Below, one piece after another: positions 26,826 through 35,065 of a stretch of DNA of 35,065 bases. This DNA is from Candidatus Muiribacteriota bacterium (lineage in GTDB: Bacteria; Muiribacteriota; Muiribacteriia; Muiribacteriales; Muiribacteriaceae): NCBI GenBank assembly GCA_051747805.1, contig JBNJGP010000021.1:1-35065 (forward strand). Reading direction: 5' to 3'. Each line of letters starts with the position of its first letter. The stretch's first letter is position 1. A program made the position numbers and the translations under genes. Below the pieces are notes generated by a model. It ran no database searches and was not told where the DNA came from. It saw only the letters and a list, made by a program, of their open reading frames with translations.

Positions 26826-28808
26826 ATGAAGTTTAAACTAGTAAGTCCATATAATCCAGCAGGGGATCAACCAGAGGCAATAGAAGAAATTACAGCACGG
26901 CTTCAAAAAAAAAATAAACATCAGATACTTCTTGGAGTAACAGGTTCCGGGAAAACTTTTACAGTTGCAAATGTTATAGAGAATATACAGAAGCCCACTC
27001 TTGTAATTACTCATAATAAAACTCTTGCTGCGCAGCTTTATAATGAATTTAAAACTTTTTTTCCCTATAATGCTGTTGAATATTTCGTCAGTTATTACGA
27101 TTATTATCAGCCGGAAAGTTATATTGTAAAAACTGACACATATATAGAAAAAGATTCAAGTATAAATGAGCAGATAGATATGTTAAGACATAATGCAACT
27201 GCAAGTGTTCTATCAAGAAAGGATGTGATTATTGTTGCCTCTGTTTCGTCGATTTATAATATTGGAAAACCCGATTATTATGAAGAGGCTTCGTTTACTT
27301 TATCTATTAATTCTGAAATTAACTGGAAGAAAATGATAAAAAAATTTATTTCAATGCATTATATAAGAAATGATTTTGCCCTCGCCCCTGGGGTTGTCCG
27401 TGTAAGGGGCGAGGTAATAGATGTTATGCCACCGTATTTTGATAATAATTTTTATAGAATTCATATGTTTGATGATGATATTGAGGCAATTTATCTTTAC
27501 AGCTTAATTGATAATAAAAGAATGGACAAACTTGAAAGTATTAAAATTTTTCCTGCAAAACATTATATTATTCCAGACAGAAATATTAAAAAGGCTATTG
27601 AAAAAATTGAGAACGAACTTCAAGAAAGAATACGTTTTTTTAAAAATAATAATAAACATATAGAGGCACAGAGAATATCAGAAAGAACAAAATATGATAT
27701 TGAAATGATAAAAGAGTTTGGATATTGTAAAGGAATTGAAAATTATTCAAGATATTTTGATGGTCGTAAACCAGGAGAAGCGCCGTGGTCCCTGCTTTCA
27801 TATTTTTCGGATAATTACAATCTTATTGTTGATGAATCTCATATTACAATTCCTCAAATTTATGGTATGAGTGCTGGAGATTATGCCAGAAAAAAGAATT
27901 TGATAGATTATGGTTTCAGACTGCCAAGTGCTTTTGATAATAGACCATTAACTTTTAATGAATGGCAGGAAAGAACCGGAAAACTTGTTTATGTATCAGC
28001 TACCCCGGGCAAGTATGAATTAGAAAAAGCACAGGATAAAATATCTTATCTCATAAATAGGCCGACTGGAATAACCGAACCGAAGACAACTATATTAAAA
28101 ACAGAAAACCAAATATTCCAAACGGTAGAAAAGTTAAAAAAAGCCCTTGATAACAATCTTAAAGTAATAATTAATACACTAACTAAAAAAATGTCTGAAA
28201 AAGTTACTCAATATCTTTGTGAACTCGATTTTAAAGTTAAATACCTTCATTCTGAAATTCATACAATAGATAGAACAAAAATTATTAACGAATTAAAAAG
28301 AAATGAACTTGATATTATAGTGGGGGTAAATCTTTTAAGAGAGGGAATAGACCTGCCAGAGGTTGGGCTGGTTATAATTTTTGATGGAGATAAAGAAGGT
28401 TTTTTAAGAAGTACAAATTCTCTTATTCAGCTGGCCGGCAGGTGTGCAAGGAATATTGACAGCGAAGTCGTTATTTTTGCTGATAATATGACAAAATCAT
28501 TAAAAAATGCTTTAAATTTAATTAATGGAAGAAGAGAAAAACAGGTTAAATGGAATAAAAAGCATAATATAAATCCACAGACAATAAAATCCAGAAATAT
28601 AAATAAATTAGAAAAAGTTGTAAATTCAATGAAAGAGTCTGAAAAAAATGAAAATGTAAAGATTACTTCACTTTCTGATGTTAAAAAGGAAATTAATTAT
28701 TTAAAGTATGAAATGAAAATTGCCTCTTCTCTTCTTGAATTTGAGAAAGCCGCAAAATTACGAGATAAAATCAAGGTTCTGGAGCAGGAATTTGTTAAGT
28801 TTACCTGA
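26826..28808 (+). CDS. uvrB: Excinuclease ABC subunit B
   Basis: 'PAGDQP', 'LGVTGSGKT', 'FVSYYDYYQPE', 'DESH', 'GFRLPSA', and a C-terminal UVR domain 'FEKAAKLRD'. Confidence 0.96.
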   Translation: MKFKLVSPYNPAGDQPEAIEEITARLQKKNKHQILLGVTGSGKTFTVANVIENIQKPTLVITHNKTLAAQLYNEFKTFFPYNAVEYFVSYYDYYQPESYIVKTDTYIEKDSSINEQIDMLRHNATASVLSRKDVIIVASVSSIYNIGKPDYYEEASFTLSINSEINWKKMIKKFISMHYIRNDFALAPGVVRVRGEVIDVMPPYFDNNFYRIHMFDDDIEAIYLYSLIDNKRMDKLESIKIFPAKHYIIPDRNIKKAIEKIENELQERIRFFKNNNKHIEAQRISERTKYDIEMIKEFGYCKGIENYSRYFDGRKPGEAPWSLLSYFSDNYNLIVDESHITIPQIYGMSAGDYARKKNLIDYGFRLPSAFDNRPLTFNEWQERTGKLVYVSATPGKYELEKAQDKISYLINRPTGITEPKTTILKTENQIFQTVEKLKKALDNNLKVIINTLTKKMSEKVTQYLCELDFKVKYLHSEIHTIDRTKIINELKRNELDIIVGVNLLREGIDLPEVGLVIIFDGDKEGFLRSTNSLIQLAGRCARNIDSEVVIFADNMTKSLKNALNLINGRREKQVKWNKKHNINPQTIKSRNINKLEKVVNSMKESEKNENVKITSLSDVKKEINYLKYEMKIASSLLEFEKAAKLRDKIKVLEQEFVKFT

Positions 28809-30483
28809 TAAACCTGGAGTTTATTTATTTAAAGATAGTGATAGAAAAATTATTTATATTGGGAAAGCTATATCTATAAAAAAGCGTGTTTCCAGTTACT
28901 TTAAAAAATATAACAATAGTTACAAAAATAAAGTTCTGCTTAAAGAGTATAGTGAGCTTGATTTTATTCTAACCTCCAATGAAACAGAAGCCCTTATTCT
29001 TGAGAATAATTTAATCAAAAAATATAAACCCAAGTATAATGTTCTTTTAAAAGACGATAAATCTTTTCCGTTTATTGGTGTGACTGATGAGGAATTTCCA
29101 AGAATAGTTCTGCTGCGAGTTTCTTCCAGGATGAAGATTAAATATAAATTTGGTCCAATTGTTATTGGGAAGAAGCTTAATATTTTTCTGGATTATTTAA
29201 ACCAGAAATTCAAACTCAGGACATGCAGAAATTTTTCTTCCCGGCCTTGTCTGAGAAAAGATATGAATTTTTGTCATGCTCCATGTTGTGAAAATATCTC
29301 GAAAAAAAATTATGCAGATGAAATTATAAATGTTTTAGAAATTCTTAAAGGAAAAATAAAACCAATAAAAAAATCTTTAACTGTTCAAATGGAAGAATAT
29401 GCCAACAGAATGGATTTCGAAAATGCTGCTTACTGTCGGGATTTAATTCAGGTATTAAATCATTTAGCTATAAAACAGAATATTCAGCTGGGAGGGAATC
29501 TTAATTTTAATGTTTGCGCTTTTTATAATAATGGAAAAAGAATTTCAATTATTATGTTTACATACAGGTTTGGAAAAATTGTCCATAACCAGAAATATTG
29601 TTTTGAAATAATTAATTATAAAGATAGTTTGGTCAATTTTTTTTATAATTATTTTAAAGAGTTCAGTTATCAAATAACCACCTATGTATGTGATGAAATA
29701 TATAAAATTTTATTACCTTATTCAGAAATTATAAATACTTATGTTTATGTACCTAAAAAAGGTAAGTTCAAAGAAATTCTAAAAACCGCAGAAAAAAATG
29801 CTTTTGAAATAATATCTTTATCTGAAAAAAAGATGGAAAAAATCCAAAAAATATTCGGGTTAATAAATTTTCCTGAGAGAATTGAATGTTTTGATATTTC
29901 AAATATATCCGGTGAGTACAATGTTGGTTCTATGGTTGTCTTTCAATATGGGCAGAAGGCTTCAAAAGAGTATCGTAGATTTAAAATAAAATCGGTAAAG
30001 GGACCTGATGATTTTAAAAGTATGCGAGAGGTGATTGAAAGAAGATTAAAACATGAAGACTGGAACAAACCAGACCTGATTATTATTGATGGTGGAAAAG
30101 GACAGTTATCTGCAGTTTCTGATATTGTTCCTGAAGAAATTGACTTATTATCAATTGCAAAAAAGGATGAAATAATTTTTGATAAAAAATTTAAGGAATT
30201 TATTATTTCAAAGGATGAAGAAATTTTAAAACTTTTTCAGAATATTAGAGATGAGGCTCACAGGTTTGCTATTTCATATTATAGACGATTGCATACAAAT
30301 AAATTCCTGCAGCTTGAAATAGAAAAAATTAAGGGGATTGGAAAAAAAACTGTTCAAAAAATCCTTAAATATTTTTCTACATATGATAAACTTGAAAATG
30401 CAGATTATGAAACATTAAAAAAAATAATAGGAAAAAAACAGGCCAAGTTAATTTTTGATTTTTTAAGGAGAGAAAATGAATAA
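28792..30483 (+). CDS. uvrC: Excinuclease ABC subunit C
   Basis: GIY-YIG 'PGVYLF..YIGKA', 'KPKYN', UVR domain, RNase H-like 'ECFDIS..DGGKGQ..RDEAHRFA', and HhH. An in-frame TTG at 28792 follows GGAG at 28781 and is preferred over the ORF-track start at 28720. Confidence 0.93.
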   Translation: MLSLPDKPGVYLFKDSDRKIIYIGKAISIKKRVSSYFKKYNNSYKNKVLLKEYSELDFILTSNETEALILENNLIKKYKPKYNVLLKDDKSFPFIGVTDEEFPRIVLLRVSSRMKIKYKFGPIVIGKKLNIFLDYLNQKFKLRTCRNFSSRPCLRKDMNFCHAPCCENISKKNYADEIINVLEILKGKIKPIKKSLTVQMEEYANRMDFENAAYCRDLIQVLNHLAIKQNIQLGGNLNFNVCAFYNNGKRISIIMFTYRFGKIVHNQKYCFEIINYKDSLVNFFYNYFKEFSYQITTYVCDEIYKILLPYSEIINTYVYVPKKGKFKEILKTAEKNAFEIISLSEKKMEKIQKIFGLINFPERIECFDISNISGEYNVGSMVVFQYGQKASKEYRRFKIKSVKGPDDFKSMREVIERRLKHEDWNKPDLIIIDGGKGQLSAVSDIVPEEIDLLSIAKKDEIIFDKKFKEFIISKDEEILKLFQNIRDEAHRFAISYYRRLHTNKFLQLEIEKIKGIGKKTVQKILKYFSTYDKLENADYETLKKIIGKKQAKLIFDFLRRENE

Positions 30484-31402
30484 ATATGTTGTGGTTACCG
30501 GAGGAGCTGGTTTTATAGGTTCAAATCTTACAGTTAAACTTGTAGATAAAGGATATAAAGTTATAGTAGTTGATGATTTAAGTTCGGGAAGCTTAAAAAA
30601 CCTGGACGAAGTTATTGATAAAATTCATTTTTTTAATCTTGATATTTCCAACTCCCTTGATGTACTAAACAGTTATGAAAAAATAGAGGCAGTTTTTCAT
30701 CTGGGTGCAATACCCTCAGTTCCCTATTCAGTAAAAAAACCGGTTCATACAAACAGAGTTAATTTAGGCGGAACTTTGAATCTGCTTGAGTTTGCCCGCA
30801 AAAAAAATATAAAAAAATTTATTTTTTCCTCTTCCTCCGCCATATATGGAGAAAATAAGGAGGTTAATTATGAAAGCGGACAAGCAGCTCCTCTTTCGCC
30901 TTATGGGGTAGAAAAATTATGTTCTGAAAAATATGTTTCATTATATAATGATATTTATAATATCGACACCATTTCCCTCAGATATTTTAATGTTTTTGGA
31001 CCAAAACAGAATCCTTATTCTGAATATTCTGCAGTGATTCCGAAATTTGTTAAACAAATAGAAAAAAATGAAAATTTAATTGTTTACGGCGATGGAAAGC
31101 AGACTAGAGATTTTGTTTTTGTAGAAAATGTAGCCGAGGCTAATATAAAGGCTTTAAACAGTTCTATAAATGGAGAAGTTGTTAATATAGGTACAGGGAA
31201 GGGAATATCTGTTAATTATCTTATTGAAGAACTTTTTAAAATCGCAAAAAAAGAAGTTAAAGTACAATATCATCCACAAAGAAAGGGGGATATAAAACAT
31301 TCAACTTCGAATATTAAAAAGGCTGAAAAAATACTTTTATATAATCCTGAAATCAGCTTTCGTAAAGGATTAAAAAAAACTTATAGGTGGTATGTTAAAT
31401 GA
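30476..31402 (+). CDS. NAD-dependent nucleotide-sugar epimerase (GalE/WbpP-like extended SDR)
   Basis: 'VTGGAGFIGS', 'SSSAIYG', YxxxK in 'SPYGVEK', 'RYFNVFGP' and 'GDGKQTRDF'. Confidence 0.93.
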   Translation: MNKYVVVTGGAGFIGSNLTVKLVDKGYKVIVVDDLSSGSLKNLDEVIDKIHFFNLDISNSLDVLNSYEKIEAVFHLGAIPSVPYSVKKPVHTNRVNLGGTLNLLEFARKKNIKKFIFSSSSAIYGENKEVNYESGQAAPLSPYGVEKLCSEKYVSLYNDIYNIDTISLRYFNVFGPKQNPYSEYSAVIPKFVKQIEKNENLIVYGDGKQTRDFVFVENVAEANIKALNSSINGEVVNIGTGKGISVNYLIEELFKIAKKEVKVQYHPQRKGDIKHSTSNIKKAEKILLYNPEISFRKGLKKTYRWYVK

Positions 31403-33423
31403 GTTTTTTTGAGCTTGACCTGCTTCAGCTTGGAATAACAAATAAATGCAATAATAAATGTATTATGTGTCATCAGTCAAAAGACTGGTATAATCCTGAT
31501 AGTCAGGGATATATGAATTTTAATGAGGCTAGAAAAATAATTGATAATCTTTATGAAAATAAAATTCGATTCAAAGTTCTTCATCTTTTCTGGAAAGGCG
31601 AACCTTTCTGCAATCCTGATTTCATGCCCATATTAAAATATTTTCTAAAATCCAATGAGAAAACTTCACTTTTTGAAAATCTTTATATTAATACAAATGG
31701 TTCTCTGCTTTCTGGAAAAGAAGAGGAGTTTATTGAAATACTCAATATGAATCCGGAAGTTAAAATCACCCTGAATATTTCCATAGATGCTGCTTATAGT
31801 GAAACTTACAAAAAGATACGACGCACTGACTCTCTTTATAAAATTGATAATTCATTAAAAAAATTAATATATTTAAGAGAAAAAAACTCTCTGAAAAATC
31901 CAGTTTTTGTTTGTCAAATTGTTATTCAGGATAAAAATTCAGATGATATTGATGATTTTGTGAATAAATGGAAAACAGAGTTTGAAAAGTACAATAAAAA
32001 GGTGAACTTCACCTATTATATAAAAAATTTTGAAAAAGATACAATTTTTTTCAGACCTCTTCAGCCAGAAACGGAAATTTCAAGAAAGTTATGGCTTGAC
32101 ACTTTAAAAAAATACATACCAGATGAATGGCAAAAATTAAATGAAGTTCATATTGCAAGAATTCATGCAAATGAAAGAAAAAAAGCAGACAAACCATGTT
32201 TTCATTTATGGAAAACTCCAATAATTGACTGGAATGGTAAAATCACTGCCTGCTGTGGCGATTTTAACTGTCAGCTTTTAAACCAACTGTCGAATACGAA
32301 AGATAAATTTTTTTCAGATATATGGTTTGGAGACTATATGGAGGATTTAAGGTTAAAAAGTTATTTTGGAAGATATGATGAAATGCCCTCGATTTGCTCA
32401 AGCTGTTTTATGTATCTTGAAATAACTCCAGAGTTCAGACATTTTTTAGAAAAATGGGCAAAAAAAAGAAAATTACCCGTCCTTTATCCAACCGATTACT
32501 CTGATTCTGAAGATATAGATGAAATTATTAATATAGCTAATTCAGAAATTGTTGAGGGGAATTTTGATAAAGCTCTTGTTTTTCTTGAAAAGGCAAAACA
32601 GATTAATTCACAAAATGAAAAATTAAATTCAGCCTTTGTTTCTTTATATGTTAAAACAGAAAAATATAAAAATGTTTTACATTTTGCGGAATTTTTATAC
32701 AAAAAAACAAAAAAAATAAAATATCTTGAGGATATTGCTTTTGCCCATTTCAATTTAAAAAACTATGATGAGGCCCATAAATTCTACAGGCTTCTTTTTA
32801 AAAAAAACAAAAAAGAAGAGTTTTTTATTAAACTTCTTGAAGTTGAACATAAAAGAAAAAATACCCAGAAAGTGAAGTTATACCTAAGATTTTCTAAAAT
32901 TTTTAACGGTTTTATCTCTGAAGTTTTATTTCTCAGACTTATTGATTTCTTTTATACAGATGAAGTTTCATTAAATTTAAAAGATTTTAAAAATTTATCA
33001 GCAATTGCAGCAAATCTTAAAAAAGAAATTTCCTGTGAGCATTTTAAGAAGTTTTTTTATATTAAAAGAAAAAAATCATTTTTTAATGAGGTTTCTTTTT
33101 ACAATAAAACACTTAAAAAAAATATTAAATGTGTAGATGAGAATATGATTATTGAATGGGTTTTATTTGAGATAGAAAATCATAATTTAAATAAATTTTA
33201 TATAAGAGAAATACTTGAAGAATTTATATTGGATGAAGGGGAATTTGCCCTTGAAGTTTTAAAAAAACTTTCTTTTTCAAAAAATAATATAGTTGAAAGT
33301 TTAAATCAGATAGAAAAAAATGGTGGTAAAATAAGAGAAGTGATATTAAAATTTTTAAAATCAAATAAAATGTTTTTTAAATTTTTAATATATAAATTAA
33401 AAACTTTATCTAAAAAAAATTAA
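31399..33423 (+). CDS. Radical SAM protein with SPASM/twitch domain and C-terminal TPRs
   Basis: CxxxCxxC 'CNNKCIMC', 'GEP', 'NTNG', 'SIDA'; SPASM-like 'PCFHLW..DWNG..ACC...CSSC'; TPR-like helices after about aa 375. Confidence 0.85.
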   Translation: MSFFELDLLQLGITNKCNNKCIMCHQSKDWYNPDSQGYMNFNEARKIIDNLYENKIRFKVLHLFWKGEPFCNPDFMPILKYFLKSNEKTSLFENLYINTNGSLLSGKEEEFIEILNMNPEVKITLNISIDAAYSETYKKIRRTDSLYKIDNSLKKLIYLREKNSLKNPVFVCQIVIQDKNSDDIDDFVNKWKTEFEKYNKKVNFTYYIKNFEKDTIFFRPLQPETEISRKLWLDTLKKYIPDEWQKLNEVHIARIHANERKKADKPCFHLWKTPIIDWNGKITACCGDFNCQLLNQLSNTKDKFFSDIWFGDYMEDLRLKSYFGRYDEMPSICSSCFMYLEITPEFRHFLEKWAKKRKLPVLYPTDYSDSEDIDEIINIANSEIVEGNFDKALVFLEKAKQINSQNEKLNSAFVSLYVKTEKYKNVLHFAEFLYKKTKKIKYLEDIAFAHFNLKNYDEAHKFYRLLFKKNKKEEFFIKLLEVEHKRKNTQKVKLYLRFSKIFNGFISEVLFLRLIDFFYTDEVSLNLKDFKNLSAIAANLKKEISCEHFKKFFYIKRKKSFFNEVSFYNKTLKKNIKCVDENMIIEWVLFEIENHNLNKFYIREILEEFILDEGEFALEVLKKLSFSKNNIVESLNQIEKNGGKIREVILKFLKSNKMFFKFLIYKLKTLSKKN

Positions 33424-33425
33424 TA

Positions 33426-34904
33426 CTATAACTGATTTTCATCAGTTATCATAATATCGGCAATCGAAGTTTTTCCGGCCTCGAGATTCACAATATTTCT
33501 TGAATAATAAATTGTTCCCCCGTCATCATATCTAGCCTCAATTAAATATTTGTACTGATTACCATCAATATTATGAAGCACCTGTAGATTCCTGAACACA
33601 TAATGAAATTCATCTGTTACATCGGTAATAATTTGAATTTCTGATCCGAGTTCTTCAACTGTATTTAAACTTGCAATTACAGTTATATTTTCATAATCTG
33701 GGGTCCCAACGGCTGTTACATCTATTGTTCCTTTAATATTACCTAAATTACCCACTATATCATATATCATCTGAATAGGTAATGTCATATCGTCTTCTGG
33801 CTCAAGAGTTATATTTTTTATTTGAGTTTTATACCCGTCTTTTCTTAACTCAATAACATAATCTGAGGCAGGAATATTTTCAAAAAGAGCCTCTCCGGCT
33901 TTATCTGTGATTTGATTATAAGTAGTATCTCTGAAAGAAATAATAACCCCGGGAATTGCACCACCTGTATCAGCATCAGAAACTTCAAAAGAAACCTGAC
34001 CGGTATCTGCTTCTGAATCTGGACTGCCCAGTCTTATTTCCAGGTTATTGAGTTCAATATCTGAATCAATAATATCAAAATATTGGAAAAAATCATCATA
34101 ATTCCTCCGGGAAACTTTAAGCTTATAAAAACCAGGTTCAATATCTCTGAAAAAAAATGAGCCTGTGGAATCAGACAGCGTGCTTTCAATAACATTTCCG
34201 GTTGAGGCCAGAATCACCTCAACCGTTGCCTCGATAATAGGGCTTGTGGTTTCGTTTTGAACAATATTACCCTGGATTTTGTAATTTTCTGCTTCTTGGG
34301 GAAAAATTGTATAATCCTCTGCAGTATTAAGCTCGGCTTCTGCAAGGGTTTTAATTTTTTTTTCATAATTATCTTTTTTTATTGTTAGTTTATAGTCGTA
34401 TTCAGGTAAATTTTCAAATTTGAAAGCGCCTTCATGATTTGAAGTTGTTTCAAATTTATTTTCTTTTGAATAATCAGTTTCAAGAGTGATTTCTGCGTCC
34501 GGAATAATATTGGATGAGGGATCTAAAACATTACCCTCAAAATAGGCCTCACCTTTATCAAGTTCAATGAGATAACTTTCGTCTGGGTTTTCAATATTAT
34601 ATTCCGGACTGTTTTCGTATTCTTTTTTTTCAGCCTTTAAAGTATAATTTTCTCTGGAGTCAGAGTATATTGAAAAAAAACCCTCATCATTTGTTGTACT
34701 GCTTATACCCGTGTCTTTAAGTGAAACAACGGCATTTGAAATAGGGGTTTCTTCAGAAGAACAAATTACATATCCTTTTAATTCAACATTTCCCTCTTTG
34801 GTTTCAAAATTGCTTTTAAATGAGGTGGTACTTGTCTGGCAGCCAGCAATAACAAAAAGCAAAAATGTTAAAAATGCAAGAGGTTTATAATATTTTTTTA
34901 TCAT
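33426..34904 (-). CDS. Lipoprotein with tandem carboxypeptidase-regulatory-like (prealbumin-fold) repeats
   Basis: Lipobox VIAG|C; four repeats of 'G.V....PI..A.V....T...G.F....Y.L..K..Y'; AAGGAG RBS on the - strand at 34910-34915. Confidence 0.85.
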   Translation of the reverse strand: MIKKYYKPLAFLTFLLFVIAGCQTSTTSFKSNFETKEGNVELKGYVICSSEETPISNAVVSLKDTGISSTTNDEGFFSIYSDSRENYTLKAEKKEYENSPEYNIENPDESYLIELDKGEAYFEGNVLDPSSNIIPDAEITLETDYSKENKFETTSNHEGAFKFENLPEYDYKLTIKKDNYEKKIKTLAEAELNTAEDYTIFPQEAENYKIQGNIVQNETTSPIIEATVEVILASTGNVIESTLSDSTGSFFFRDIEPGFYKLKVSRRNYDDFFQYFDIIDSDIELNNLEIRLGSPDSEADTGQVSFEVSDADTGGAIPGVIISFRDTTYNQITDKAGEALFENIPASDYVIELRKDGYKTQIKNITLEPEDDMTLPIQMIYDIVGNLGNIKGTIDVTAVGTPDYENITVIASLNTVEELGSEIQIITDVTDEFHYVFRNLQVLHNIDGNQYKYLIEARYDDGGTIYYSRNIVNLEAGKTSIADIMITDENQL

Positions 34905-34950
34905 AATTTCTCCTTATTTTAAAATAAATGGATTTATATTTTAATTATAA

Positions 34951-35065
34951 ACTTGAGTTTAGCAAATTTAAAAAGGCTTTTGTGGTCAGGCCTACATAAA
35001 AGTAAAAAGCTTTCAGCTTAGTAAAATCACCTAAAGGTGATAGTAAAGTTATCTAACGATAACAG
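34951..35065. repeat. Right copy (inverted) of the element at 5-122
   Basis: AGTAAA linkers at 35001, 35020 and 35042 separate hairpins at 35007-35019, 35026-35041 and 35048-35063. Truncated by the window end. Confidence 0.95.
34956..34964 (-). promoter_or_regulatory. Putative extended -10 promoter facing the lipoprotein gene
   Basis: TG-C-TAAACT on the - strand, the same motif as at 109-117. Confidence 0.5.

Noticed and set aside
477..32753. Short alternative-frame and antisense ORFs in the ORF track (e.g. 3226-3657, 10642-10938, 25885-26157)
   Set aside because: They overlap well-supported genes and show no motifs, so they are treated as shadow ORFs. Only 16721-16993 was kept.
34914..34927. 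Perfect palindrome TTATTTTAAAATAA
   Set aside because: It is A/T only in an AT-rich background, and I saw no second copy in a regulatory position.
5..35065. Linear plasmid/phage or composite transposon with terminal inverted repeats
   Set aside because: The cargo is housekeeping genes, with no replication, capsid or transposase genes.
1..35065. tRNA, rRNA or known riboswitch
   Set aside because: The intergenic gaps are short and none shows a cloverleaf or an aptamer consensus I recognise.

Overview
AT-rich bacterial chromosomal segment, probably a whole contig, from a diderm organism. About 24 tightly packed or overlapping genes lie on the + strand and two on the - strand. Housekeeping genes: dtd, a YvcK-like gene, queA, accD, accA, an RpoD-family sigma factor, miaB, mutS, uvrB and uvrC. 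Envelope genes: a PorV/UPF0164-like beta-barrel, a ComEA-HhH/beta-barrel fusion, an O-antigen-ligase/O-OTase-TPR protein, two exported TPR proteins, a PilX/PilV/PilW-like minor pilin trio, an amidase, an epimerase with a radical SAM/SPASM-TPR protein, and a lipoprotein. The most unusual feature is non-coding. Both ends carry the same ~115-118 bp element in inverted orientation (5-122 and 34951-35065). It consists of TTTACT linkers separating short hairpins whose stems show compensatory changes between units, followed by a terminator-like hairpin and an extended -10 box facing the first gene on each side. Also noted: a chorismate-mutase-like ORF on the - strand, a Cache-only sensor coupled to an RsbW-like kinase, and three sigma70-type promoters positioned for leaderless mRNAs. 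All family calls come from motif recognition by eye; no database searches were run.
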